A stretch of 64,000 nucleotides of DNA. Source: Planctomycetota bacterium. Its GTDB lineage: Bacteria > Planctomycetota > UBA8108 > SXIK01. The notes under the pieces are model-generated. The model worked only from the letters and a program-made list of their open reading frames with translations, searched no databases and was not told the origin of the DNA. The stretch covers positions 1,184,001 through 1,248,000 of the forward strand of contig CBDCXR010000004.1 of assembly GCA_965223845.1 (NCBI GenBank). Direction: 5' to 3'. Each line of letters starts with the position of its first letter. Within the stretch, counting starts at the first letter, position 1. The position numbers and the translations under genes were made by a program. Shown here one piece after another: positions 1 through 9,782 of this stretch.

Positions 1-432
1 GCGGATTCCGTGTGCATGCTTCTCGTCGGCTATCTCGTCGAATCCGGCGCCGGACGATTCGTTTCGTCGAGCGATCTCGATCTCGGCGACAAGGAGAGCT
101 TCGCCCGGTCTCTCACCACGATCGTCGAGCTCAGCTCCGGCGCTCTCGACGGGATGCGGTTTCGCCGCATCGAGGAGTCGGAAGATCCGGAGACGAAACT
201 GGTCACGCTGCGTCTAGATGAAGCGCTGGTGTCGGCGCCCGTACGGACGAAGAAGCGACGCGAGCGTCTCGACGACATCACCGGCGCACTGAATGAGCTC
301 GCGCAGTCACGCGGTGTCGAGCAGCGATTCGCCGCCTACGAAACCTGCCGGCCCGGCGAGTCCTTCGTCGTTTTTCTCGAGCCCAGTCAGCACGAGCGGC
401 TCGCCGCCGTCGTTCCTCCTCCGATCGAGTAG
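1..432 (+). CDS. hypothetical protein, probably 5'-truncated by the window edge
   Basis: Frame 1 is open from base 1 to TAG at 430-432 with protein-like composition; no family motif recognised. Confidence 0.6.
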   Translation, partial: ADSVCMLLVGYLVESGAGRFVSSSDLDLGDKESFARSLTTIVELSSGALDGMRFRRIEESEDPETKLVTLRLDEALVSAPVRTKKRRERLDDITGALNELAQSRGVEQRFAAYETCRPGESFVVFLEPSQHERLAAVVPPPIE

Positions 433-473
433 CTTCGCCGGAGACTGGCGGGCCGGGAACGAAAGAAAGTTCC

Positions 474-2957
474 ATGCCGGACTCGTACGACGGGATCGTC
501 ATCGGCGCGGGGCACAACGCCCTCGTTCTGCATGCGTACCTCGCTCGCGCGGGGCTCTCCTGCGTGACGCTAGAGCGAGCGGAGCGGCCGGGCGGCGGAC
601 TCGCGACGATCGAATGGCCGGAGGGCTCGGGGTTCCGTCACAACGTACACTCGTTCTTTCACCGCGGGATCGATGGGATGCCGTGGTTCGAGGAGCTCGA
701 GCTGGCGCGCTTCGGCGTCCGCTACTTGGAGCCCGAGCTCAACGTTTCCGTCGTCCTTCGCGACGGCCGCACTCTCGAGTGGTGGCGCGATCCAGAGCGC
801 ACTCTCGCGTCGATCGAGCGTTTCTCCGCGCGCGACGCGGCGACCGTCGCCCGTTGGCTGGAGGAGTTTCGCCCGATCGCGCGCGAGATCCTCGCCGTCG
901 AGGCGAGTTCGACGCCACTCGCCCCGGCCGAGCGCCGAGCCTACCTCGAGCGCTCGAGCGCCGGGCGCCGGCTCCTCGAGGCGGAGCGGGAGTCGCCGCT
1001 CGAAAGGCTGGGGCGCGAGATCGAGAGCGAGGTCGTTCGCGCGGGCCTCCTCTTCTTCAACGGGCTCCGCGAGATCGATCTCCGCGCGCGGGGATTCGGC
1101 CCCGCCGTGCCGGCGCTCCTCGCATCGGGACGCATGGCGCAACTGTGCGTCGGGGGATCTGCGAGTCTCGCGCGCGGACTCGTCGCGGCGATCGAGTCGG
1201 TCGGCGGTGAGGTGCGCTGCGGAGTGGAACTCGAGCGCATTCTCGTCTCCGGCGGACGCGCGGTGGGAGTGCGGCTCCGGAGCGGCGAGGAGATTCAGGC
1301 TCGACGCTTTGTCGCATCGGGAGTGAATCCGCAACAGACGCTTCTCGATCTGATCGCTCCCGAGGATCGTCCGCGCCGCATCGGACGACGGGCGCGGGGG
1401 TTTCGATACAACCGCATCGCGCCGCTCTTCGGACTCCACCTCGGTCTCTCCGAGCCGCCCGAGCTCACGGCGTACGATGGCGCGGCCGTCCACCCGTTGA
1501 TGTTCGTCCTCGGTCTTGAAGGAACGGGGGACGTCGAGGCGATGCTGAAGGCGCACGATGCCGGTGCGCGACCGCCGTTTCTCGCGTGGGGTGCGACGCC
1601 GACTCGATTCGACGAAAGTCAGGCCCCACGGGGACGACACACCGCGTTCTTGTGGCAGAAGGTTCCCTACGCGCTCCTTGGCAATCCGTCACAGTGGGAA
1701 CGCGAGGCAGAGGCCCACGCCGATCAGCTACTCGCGCGCTGGGCCGAGTTCGCGCCGAATCTCGTTCGAGCGGGAGTGATCGAGCATCGCTTCCACCGCA
1801 CGCCGCTCGACACCGTTCGCTCGCTCCCCAACCAGGCGAACGGGGATCTCCTCGTCGGATCCCTCGCCGGGGGGCAAGTCGGGTACCACCGCCCGTTCGC
1901 AGGCGCCGGACAGTACCGCACTCCGCTCGAAGGTCTCTATCTCTGCGGCGGCTCGACTCACCCGGGGGGTAACATCACCGGGCTCTGCGGTCACAACGCG
2001 GCTCGGGTCGTCGCCGCGGATCTCGGCTTGCGGCTCCCGAGCGAGAACGAGGTGTCGCCGGCTCCGTCGTCGATCGGCACTCGACCGCCCTTGCGCGTGC
2101 GACGTCTGCGCGAGTCCGACATCGAGTTCGGGCTCTCGCTCTCTCGCATCGCGGGGTGGAATCAGCTCGCAGGAGATTGGGAGCGCCTGCTCGCCCTCGG
2201 CGCCGGGGGCTGCTTTCTCGCCGAGTGGGATGGCGAGCCGGCCGGGACAGTGACCACATGTTCCTACGGTGAGATCGGGTGGGTCGGGATGGTCCTCGTC
2301 GCCCCGCGCTTTCGCCGGCGCGGAGTCGCGTCTCGCCTCGTTCGAACGGCGATCGACCACCTCGATGGCCACGCGGATCGCATCGCGCTCGATGCGACCT
2401 CTGCCGGGAGGCTCGTCTACGCGCCGCTCGGGTTTCGCACGTCCGACCGGATCGAGCGCTGGGTGCGGCGACCGGGCGCACGGCGAACAGCGCCGCCGGC
2501 TCGTTCGCGCGCAGGGTCGCCGCGCCGACTCCACCGCGTGTCGCGTCCCCTTCTCGACCTCGACGCGGAAGCGTTCGGTGCGGATCGCGCGAAGCTACTG
2601 GCCGGATGGCTGCGCGACGGCCCACCGTTCGCGGGTTCCCTGTGGCGCGGCGGGCGAGCGGAAGGCTTCGCTCTCGCGCGCCGAGGACGTCGATACTTCC
2701 ACATCGGGCCGATCGTCGCTCGCGACCGCAGAGTCGCTGAGTCTCTTCTCGACGATGCCCTCTGCGAGAGCGGGACGAGCGGAGTTGCGATCGATGTCCC
2801 CGTTCGCGATTCCGCCTGGATCGAGCTCCTGCGCCGGTCGGGATTCCGCCCCGAGCGGCGCTTCGTGCGCATGGTGAGATCTGGCTCGAGTGAAGACTCG
2901 ACGAAGATGGGCCGCGGCGAGTGGCAATGGGCGATCGCCGGTCCGGAGTTCGGGTGA
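474..2957 (+). CDS. phytoene-dehydrogenase-like FAD oxidoreductase fused to a C-terminal GNAT acetyltransferase (YitH-like)
   Basis: N-terminal GAGHNAL Rossmann motif; YRTPLEGLYLCGGSTHPGG..TGLCGHNAA end-of-domain motif; then GWNQ...WVGMVLVAPRFRRRGVA (acetyl-CoA motif) ...LDAT.AGRLVYAPLGF, ending GPEFG. Confidence 0.85.
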   Translation: MPDSYDGIVIGAGHNALVLHAYLARAGLSCVTLERAERPGGGLATIEWPEGSGFRHNVHSFFHRGIDGMPWFEELELARFGVRYLEPELNVSVVLRDGRTLEWWRDPERTLASIERFSARDAATVARWLEEFRPIAREILAVEASSTPLAPAERRAYLERSSAGRRLLEAERESPLERLGREIESEVVRAGLLFFNGLREIDLRARGFGPAVPALLASGRMAQLCVGGSASLARGLVAAIESVGGEVRCGVELERILVSGGRAVGVRLRSGEEIQARRFVASGVNPQQTLLDLIAPEDRPRRIGRRARGFRYNRIAPLFGLHLGLSEPPELTAYDGAAVHPLMFVLGLEGTGDVEAMLKAHDAGARPPFLAWGATPTRFDESQAPRGRHTAFLWQKVPYALLGNPSQWEREAEAHADQLLARWAEFAPNLVRAGVIEHRFHRTPLDTVRSLPNQANGDLLVGSLAGGQVGYHRPFAGAGQYRTPLEGLYLCGGSTHPGGNITGLCGHNAARVVAADLGLRLPSENEVSPAPSSIGTRPPLRVRRLRESDIEFGLSLSRIAGWNQLAGDWERLLALGAGGCFLAEWDGEPAGTVTTCSYGEIGWVGMVLVAPRFRRRGVASRLVRTAIDHLDGHADRIALDATSAGRLVYAPLGFRTSDRIERWVRRPGARRTAPPARSRAGSPRRLHRVSRPLLDLDAEAFGADRAKLLAGWLRDGPPFAGSLWRGGRAEGFALARRGRRYFHIGPIVARDRRVAESLLDDALCESGTSGVAIDVPVRDSAWIELLRRSGFRPERRFVRMVRSGSSEDSTKMGRGEWQWAIAGPEFG

Positions 2958-2979
2958 CGGAGTGCCGGACGCGGGACGT

Positions 2980-3975
2980 TTACTCCGGACGGCTGCGCGT
3001 TCGGCGTCGCAAGCGTCCGAAACCGAAGCGCGAGCGGCGCTCTCGCGCGCGCTGAAAGACGTCGATGAGCTCCGTGCAGAATTCGCGCGCCGTCTGGTAC
3101 CGGGCTTCCGCTTTTGGGGCGAGCGCCTTGAGAACGATCTCATCGAGGCCGTCGAACTTGATCGTCTGAGGCGCGAGCTCCGACGGGGGCTCGACAGGGT
3201 TCTTGAGAATGCTCTCGTAGACGTCCTGAGCCGTCTCACCGGTATGAGGGCGAGTTCCCGTCAGGCACTGATAGAGGAGAACGCCGACGGCGTAGAGGTC
3301 GGTGTAGCGCCCGAGCCGCCCACCCACGAACTGTTCGGGGGGCATGTAGTGCCGGCTTCCGAGCCCACGCGCGTCCTTCCCCGCCGGGAGGGCGAGCGAG
3401 GTGGCGATTCCGAAGTCGAGAATCCTCACGCTCTCGCGGCCGCGGTCGGAGAGAAGCATGACGTTCGCCGGCTTCAGGTCACGGTGGATGATGCCGTTTC
3501 CGTGCGCCGTCGACAGCGCCCGGAGGCACTTACGAACGATGTTGTACGTCCGCTCCACGTCGAGCTTCTTCTCGCGTTTGAGCACGCTGCCCAGAGTTTC
3601 ACCGGGGCAGTAGTCCATCGTGTAGTAGAGCCGTCCGTTCTTCGTGGCGCCGAAGTCGCGGATTTGGACGACGTAGCGGTGGACGATGCGCTTCGCGGTG
3701 AGGATTTCGTTGAGGAATCGATCCTTCACCTTCTGCTCGCCGCTCAGCGACGGGTGAACGATCTTGAGCGCGATGCGGCCTTCGGGGCCGTCGAGGCTTT
3801 CGGCGAGAAACACGGTGCCGAATCCGCCGAGCCCCAGGATGTCGACGATCCGATACCGATCCGCGACGGTCGTGCCGATCAGCTTGCGCGCGAGCTGTCT
3901 CGCCCGCTGCTTCGCGGTCGCGGGGCGACTCACGGGCGACGGGTCAATTCGAGATGGGGCGTCGGAGGGCTTCAT
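2980..3975 (-). CDS. Hanks-type serine/threonine protein kinase, soluble
   Basis: GLGGFGTV, ALK, HRDLKPAN, DFG and YMPPE motifs; no transmembrane segment. Confidence 0.95.
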   Translation of the reverse strand: MKPSDAPSRIDPSPVSRPATAKQRARQLARKLIGTTVADRYRIVDILGLGGFGTVFLAESLDGPEGRIALKIVHPSLSGEQKVKDRFLNEILTAKRIVHRYVVQIRDFGATKNGRLYYTMDYCPGETLGSVLKREKKLDVERTYNIVRKCLRALSTAHGNGIIHRDLKPANVMLLSDRGRESVRILDFGIATSLALPAGKDARGLGSRHYMPPEQFVGGRLGRYTDLYAVGVLLYQCLTGTRPHTGETAQDVYESILKNPVEPPSELAPQTIKFDGLDEIVLKALAPKAEARYQTAREFCTELIDVFQRARERRSRFGFGRLRRRTRSRPE

Positions 3976-4349
3976 AGTAGAAATCGTCTAAGACGCGGAG
4001 TGCCGTTCGGATTTGTTCGCGCACGAATCGGCGCACGGAAACAAACCGCGCTCTCCGATCGCTATTCTGCCCCAGTGAGAGATCGTTGTCATCGCTGCGA
4101 GTCGCACGCACGGTCGGGTGCCGCGTGCGGGCAGCGAGGTTCGCAGGGACCGGGCTAGAGTTCAGGCAAGCGGCGTGCCGGCGGCGTTTCGCGCTCGAGC
4201 CGGACGATGACCGTTTCGTGACGGAACCGTCGCTCCTCTCGACCGGGCGCGGTGGAATCAGCGGTGAGTTCCAGGTTAGCATCGCGCGAGTCTTCAACGC
4301 CGCCCGGCGCAGCCGTCTCTTTTCCGCGAACCATTTCCGCGAGCTCACC

Positions 4350-7300
4350 ATGACCGCAGACGACTCGGATTCCGTGCGCGACCTCGTTCTCGTTATCGCG
4401 GAAGGGGGCGAGACGCGGCGCGCGGTCCTGTCCGGTGTCGGTCCTTGGTCGATCGGTCGAGGCGAGGCTTGCGACGTCGTCGTCTCGAACCGGCGTGCGT
4501 CGCGAATTCACGCTCGACTGACCCGAACGCCGCAGGGCTTCGTTGTCGAAGACTGCGAGTCGAGCACGGGGCTCTCGGTCGACGGCGAGAAGGTCACTCG
4601 ACGGCTCGTTCGGGAGGGAAGCACGATCGGGATCGGCGACGCGCGCATCGGCGTCGGTCGCGCGCCCGGGCGCGAGTCTCCCCCGGCGCCCGCACGGGAG
4701 GAAGCTCCAGCGGCCGACGACAAGACCTCCGCCGCGCGACGAGAGCCGCCGGCGAATCGCGCGGGATCTCCGCGACGAGCGGGGAGCGAGCGTCCGCGAC
4801 CGGCGCGTCGCGGCGCGCGGGCGGGGCGTTCACGGTCGATCGTGGGGCCGATCATCGTCCTTCTCGTGTTCGGCGCGGCCGGCGGGGGGGTGTGGTGGAT
4901 CCTCGACCGAGATGACGCGGCCGACACGGAGCCCGAGAGCGCCGGCGGCGGGTCATCGACGGCGAGTACGCCCACGGGGTCGCCCACGATCGATCTCGAA
5001 GGTCTCACCGACGCCGGATCGGCGCAGGCGGAGGCGGATCTCGAATCTCTCATCCGAGACGCGCGGCGGGGCGAGAGCGTCGATGTGACGAAGCGCCTTG
5101 AGACCATCCGGCGCGATTTTCCCGACACCTACGCCGCGCACCAAGCCGAGCGGTACCTCGCGGTGGTGCGCGCCGCGGACACTCGGCAGCGACAGTTCCT
5201 CGAGCGCGCGCGAGAGATGCTCGAGAACGACATTCTCGACAAGAAATACTCACGCGCCGTATTGGCCGCGGCGGTGCTTGCCGAAGCCGAGCGTGAACAG
5301 GATGGCTCCCGGTGGGCGCGGCGCGCGACCGGGTACCGGGAGGCCGCGCTCGAGCGGTTTCGCGAACTCGAGGGTGAGCTCAGTCGCCTCACTTCCGATG
5401 GGAAGCCGGACGACGCCATCCGCCGGCTCATCGCCGCCGCACCCGAGCTCGGGGGACTCGATGAGTTTCAGTCCGCTCTCCTTCCCTACCTCGAAGCAGG
5501 GCTCTCCGGAGTCGACCGCGACGGCGGCGCGAGCGGCGAGATCACACCGCGCGTCATCGAAGTGCGGAACCGAGCCTCGGTGGCGTTCGAACGCTGCCGC
5601 TTCAGCGAACTGGTCGCGCTTCAGTTCGAGCTTCTGGCGGAGAATCCGCCTCCGGAGTTCCGTCTGCAGGCCTTCGAAGGACTCGTCAACGCATTCTATT
5701 GGCAGCGCATGCTGCGCGATTTCTTCGAGTTCGTCCGGAAGGAATCGGCGGAGGTCGAGCTCGTCCGCGGGCGCGTGCTCAACGTGGTGAGCGCCGACGC
5801 CGACGGGATCGCGTTCGAGCTCCGGAACGATGGTGCGAGTGCGCGCTTCACTCGCGGATGGGAAGAGATGCCCGCCGCGACGAAGTTTCGACTCTTTCGC
5901 GCGGCGCGTCTCCGGAGCGAGGGCTTGATCGGTCTCGCCTTATTCGCGCTTTCGAACAGCGACGAAGACGGCGCGCACAACGCACTCGTGCGTCTCCACC
6001 GCATCGACCGAAGTCGTCCGCTCGCAGCCTCGATTCTCTCTCGACACCGCGGGATTCCCGTCCCGGATGACGGATTCGTCGAATTCGAAGGACGCCTGCT
6101 CACGCGCGCCGAGAAGACCGCCGCGCTCGCCGCCCGCCGACAGCGGCACGAGGAGAAGCTCGCCGCGGCGCGGCGGCTGCGCGAGTTGAAGACGAGCAAT
6201 CGACTCGGGGCCTTCCTCACGAGCGCGATCGAGCTTCGGAGCAAGGGGTCGTTCACGCTCGCGCAGTCGATCTTGCGCGAGATCGTTCGGCAATACCCGA
6301 AGAGCGATTCGGCGAAAAAGGCGGCGGAGCTCGCGGTCGATCCGCTTCTCCAAGTGCACAGTCTCGCCGAAAACGGCCGTGCCGAGAATCGGCTCGACAT
6401 ACACATCCTCGGAGACGGCTACCCGTATGACGACGACTACCAAGAGGGGTTCTACAATTCCGCCGTCCTGACGAAGAATCTGATCCTAGCGACCCAACCG
6501 TTTCGCGAATACGCGTCCTACGTCAACATCTACGCCGTGAACGCGGGATCGACCGAACGCGGGCTCGATCGGAAGCCGGGCGAAGTGGAGCGAGAGACCG
6601 CGTTCGACGGGATCGTCGAATGGGATCGATTCACGGTGAACCGCGGGAAGGTCCGCGAGTTTCTCGGTCGACTCGGTGAGCCCGGGAAGGATCAGCAGGC
6701 CGTCGTCATCGGGAACGACTACGCCGGAGTCTCGACGGGCGGCGGGGGCGTCGCGTGCTGCTGCAAGACTTCGCTCAGCGTCGTAGTCCACGAGATCGGT
6801 CATTCGTTTGCGGGTCTCCGGGACGAGTACGACTACGAGCCGGGGAACGATCCCAATCGACCGAAGCCCGAGGGGCGAGACGTGCGGTTGCCAACGAAGG
6901 CGTTGCCGCCGAATGCGATGCAAGGATCCGATCGAGACGATGTGCTCGAAAAAGTGCTCTGGCGCCACTGGGTAAACGCTCCGGAGGACAAGATCTGGAA
7001 CGGATCGAAGGTCGGAGTCTTCGAGGGCGCCGACCGAAAGCCGGTGAATCACTGGCGGCCGCAGGCCGACTGTCGAATGCGGAACGCCGGATCCGAGTTT
7101 TGCGTGGTCTGTATGGAACAGATGGTACTCACGCTCTACAAGTACGTCCGTCCTATCGACGAGGTCGAGCCGGCGGAAGCCACCGTCGCCGTCTCCCGGC
7201 AGCAGACCGCCGAGTTTCGGGTCTATCCGATGAAGCCCGAAGGCCGGTTCCTCGAGGTCGCCTGGCATATCCAGGAGATCAGCGCTGCGGAGGAGGGAAC

Positions 7301-7523
7301 GACGGTCGTCGTCGAGAAGCGAAAGGGCGATCCCGTGCGAAAGCGCTACCGGCGCGTCGACGCGAACGGCCGCGTGATCGAGGGAGCGCTCATCGAGGGG
7401 CGAAAGCTCCGCAAGGGACGCTATCGCCTGCGCGTCGACGTGCGCGATACGACGCCGTGGGTTCTCAAGGACGACGCCGGCCGGCTCACCCAGACGCACG
7501 AGTGGACCCTCGAGGTCCCGTAG
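4350..7523 (+). CDS. FHA domain + transmembrane helix + helical region + M64 (IgA-peptidase-like) zinc metallopeptidase
   Basis: ATG at 4350 is in frame with ORF 4086..7523; IGR..SRIH FHA motif; hydrophobic IVGPIIVLLVFGAAGGGVWWIL; RLDIHILGDGY...HEIGHSFAGLRDEY...CRMR...FCVVC M64 signature. Confidence 0.85.
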   Translation: MTADDSDSVRDLVLVIAEGGETRRAVLSGVGPWSIGRGEACDVVVSNRRASRIHARLTRTPQGFVVEDCESSTGLSVDGEKVTRRLVREGSTIGIGDARIGVGRAPGRESPPAPAREEAPAADDKTSAARREPPANRAGSPRRAGSERPRPARRGARAGRSRSIVGPIIVLLVFGAAGGGVWWILDRDDAADTEPESAGGGSSTASTPTGSPTIDLEGLTDAGSAQAEADLESLIRDARRGESVDVTKRLETIRRDFPDTYAAHQAERYLAVVRAADTRQRQFLERAREMLENDILDKKYSRAVLAAAVLAEAEREQDGSRWARRATGYREAALERFRELEGELSRLTSDGKPDDAIRRLIAAAPELGGLDEFQSALLPYLEAGLSGVDRDGGASGEITPRVIEVRNRASVAFERCRFSELVALQFELLAENPPPEFRLQAFEGLVNAFYWQRMLRDFFEFVRKESAEVELVRGRVLNVVSADADGIAFELRNDGASARFTRGWEEMPAATKFRLFRAARLRSEGLIGLALFALSNSDEDGAHNALVRLHRIDRSRPLAASILSRHRGIPVPDDGFVEFEGRLLTRAEKTAALAARRQRHEEKLAAARRLRELKTSNRLGAFLTSAIELRSKGSFTLAQSILREIVRQYPKSDSAKKAAELAVDPLLQVHSLAENGRAENRLDIHILGDGYPYDDDYQEGFYNSAVLTKNLILATQPFREYASYVNIYAVNAGSTERGLDRKPGEVERETAFDGIVEWDRFTVNRGKVREFLGRLGEPGKDQQAVVIGNDYAGVSTGGGGVACCCKTSLSVVVHEIGHSFAGLRDEYDYEPGNDPNRPKPEGRDVRLPTKALPPNAMQGSDRDDVLEKVLWRHWVNAPEDKIWNGSKVGVFEGADRKPVNHWRPQADCRMRNAGSEFCVVCMEQMVLTLYKYVRPIDEVEPAEATVAVSRQQTAEFRVYPMKPEGRFLEVAWHIQEISAAEEGTTVVVEKRKGDPVRKRYRRVDANGRVIEGALIEGRKLRKGRYRLRVDVRDTTPWVLKDDAGRLTQTHEWTLEVP

Positions 7524-7555
7524 TCGTAGAAACCCGGGTCGCGCTCGCGCGATCG

Positions 7556-9640
7556 TTACCCCGGCTTCTCCCCGCCGTTCTCGGCGGCCGCTGACGTCTC
7601 GCGCCGGCGTTCGCGAATCTCGGCTTGGATCCGCTCGCAGAACGCGTCGAGCGGTTCGGCGCCGCGATCGCCTACGCCGCGTTCCCGTACGGACACGGTG
7701 CGCGCGTCGGCGTCCTTTCCTCCGACGACGAGCAGGTAGGGCACGCGATCGTCGACGCCGATTTTGATCTTCGCCTGAACGCGATCATTGCTCTTGTCGA
7801 TGCTCGCGCGGACACCGATCGCGCGGAGTCGCGTGAGAACTTCAGCGGCGTAATCGAGGAACTTGTCGCTGATCGGAAGCACGCGCACTTGCTCCGGCGC
7901 GAGCCAAGTCGGAAACGAGCCCGCGAAGTGCTCGATGAGAATGCCGATGAACCGCTCCATCGATCCGAAGGGCGCTCGGTGCACCATCACGGGGCGATGG
8001 GACTTGTTGTCCGCGCCCACGTAGGAGAGGTCGAATCGCTCGGGGAGGTTGTAGTCGACCTGGACGGTTCCGAGCTGCCATTCGCGACCGAGAGCATCGG
8101 AGACGACGAAGTCGATCTTCGGTCCGTAGAACGCCGCTTCGCCGGGTTCTTCGGTAAACGGGACCCCGAGACCCTCGACGGCCTCACGGCACGCCGCCTC
8201 GGCTTTGTCCCAGACCGCCGGATCGCCGGTGAACTTGTCGCCGTCCGGATCGCGGAGCCCCACGCGCACGCGGTAGTCCGAGAGCCCGAGCGTGCCGAGC
8301 ACGAGCCGGACGAGCCCGAGGCAGCCGCGAATCTCTGCCGCCACTTGATCCTCCGCGCAGAAGATGTGGGCGTCGTCCTGCGTGAAACCGCGAACGCGAG
8401 TCAGTCCGTTCAGCTCGCCCGACTGCTCCCAGCGGTAGACCGTCCCGAACTCCGCGAGACGGAGGGGAAGATCGCGGTAGCTCCTTGGCTCGGACGCGTA
8501 GATCTTGATGTGGTGCGGGCAGTTCATCGACTTGAGCAGATAGCCCTCGATCTCGCCCGTCTCGAGCCGGTTCGCGAGCTCCGCGCACGAAGTCCCCTCC
8601 TCCGCGAGCCGATCGAGGCACTCGCGGTGAATGAGCGGCGGGTACTGACTCTCGCGGTAGTACGGGAAGTGGCCGCTCGTCTTGTAGAGCTCGACCTTGC
8701 CGATGTGCGGGGTGTAGACCGTGTGATATCCCGCCTCGATGAGCTCCGCGCGGATGAACTCTTCGAGTTCGCGGCGGACGACCGCGCCGTTCGGCGGCCA
8801 GAGAATGAGCCCCTGACCGACCACGTCGTCGATGTGAAAGAGGCCGTGGCGCTTCCCGAGCGTGCGGTGATCTCTCTGCCGGGCCGCTTCGAGACGTTCG
8901 AGATGCGCCTCGAGATGCCGGCGGTGCGGGAACGCCGTGCCGTAGACCCGCGTAAGACGATCGGAGCTCGCATCGCCGTGCCAGTAGCTCGAGGCGATGC
9001 TCATGATCTTGAACGCGCCGATGCAGCCGGTGTGGGGAACGTGCGGCCCGCGGCAGAGATCCTCCCAGTCTTCGCCCGGAGTGCCGGTCGCATACCACGA
9101 GAGAGTCTCGGCGCCGGCCTCCGCGATCGCGCGCTCGGCGTTGTCGAGCTTGTATTTGCTGCCCTCGGCTTGGAGTTTCTCGAGCCCCGCGGTCGCCGGA
9201 AGATCGTACCGTTGGAACGGCCGCTTCTCCTCGACGATCTTCCGCATCTCCTTCTCGATCGCGTCGAACTCGGTCGAGCTGAGCGGCTCGTCGCCGGGAA
9301 ACGCGATGTCGTAGTAGTACCCGTCGTCGACGGGCGGACCGTAGACGAGAAGCGCTCCGGGATGGAGACGCTGAATGGCCTCCGCCATCACGTGCGCGCA
9401 ACTGTGACGGATCAGCGTGAGGGCGTCCGCCGAAGGCTCCTGCTTGGCGGAGGCGGTCGTCACGATCGCGACTTTGGCGTCGTCCGTGATCTCGGTGTCG
9501 AGATCGGAGAGCTCCGAGTCGATCCGCGCGCCCAGCGCCGCCTTCGCGAGCCGAGGGCTGATATCCGCTGCGACCTTCGCCGGGGTCACCGACTCGTCGT
9601 ATGTGCGGACGCTTCCGTCCGGGAGAGTGATGCGAGGCAT
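7556..9640 (-). CDS. thrS: threonine--tRNA ligase
   Basis: TGS N-terminus, RHSCAHVMA, DLCRGPH, RDHR, MNCPHH, RVRGFTQDDAH, AAFYGPKID, HRAPFGSMERF. Confidence 0.98.
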   Translation of the reverse strand: MPRITLPDGSVRTYDESVTPAKVAADISPRLAKAALGARIDSELSDLDTEITDDAKVAIVTTASAKQEPSADALTLIRHSCAHVMAEAIQRLHPGALLVYGPPVDDGYYYDIAFPGDEPLSSTEFDAIEKEMRKIVEEKRPFQRYDLPATAGLEKLQAEGSKYKLDNAERAIAEAGAETLSWYATGTPGEDWEDLCRGPHVPHTGCIGAFKIMSIASSYWHGDASSDRLTRVYGTAFPHRRHLEAHLERLEAARQRDHRTLGKRHGLFHIDDVVGQGLILWPPNGAVVRRELEEFIRAELIEAGYHTVYTPHIGKVELYKTSGHFPYYRESQYPPLIHRECLDRLAEEGTSCAELANRLETGEIEGYLLKSMNCPHHIKIYASEPRSYRDLPLRLAEFGTVYRWEQSGELNGLTRVRGFTQDDAHIFCAEDQVAAEIRGCLGLVRLVLGTLGLSDYRVRVGLRDPDGDKFTGDPAVWDKAEAACREAVEGLGVPFTEEPGEAAFYGPKIDFVVSDALGREWQLGTVQVDYNLPERFDLSYVGADNKSHRPVMVHRAPFGSMERFIGILIEHFAGSFPTWLAPEQVRVLPISDKFLDYAAEVLTRLRAIGVRASIDKSNDRVQAKIKIGVDDRVPYLLVVGGKDADARTVSVRERGVGDRGAEPLDAFCERIQAEIRERRRETSAAAENGGEKPG

Positions 9641-9714
9641 GCGGGCTCGTTCCCTTCACTGCGGGCCCCGTCGCGGCCTCATCACCGCGTCTCGGCCGCG
9701 CGCGAGAAGCGCGG

Positions 9715-9744
9715 ATTGTAGCGCCGCGGCCGACCGGCTGGCAA
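9715..9744 (-). promoter_or_regulatory. sigma70-like promoter of thrS
   Basis: Minus strand reads TTGCCA (9744-9739), 18 nt, TACAAT (9720-9715), then GC-rich CCGCGC. Confidence 0.6.
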
Positions 9745-9782
9745 GGAGCCGGCCGGCCGCGCTCGCTTCCTCGCGTCGCGGG

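Noticed and set aside
7625-9721. Long antisense or overlapping ORFs (for example 7625..9721, 22379..24004, 28942..30741, 41557..44622)
   Set aside because: They overlap well-supported genes and are expected stop-poor shadow frames in high-GC DNA.
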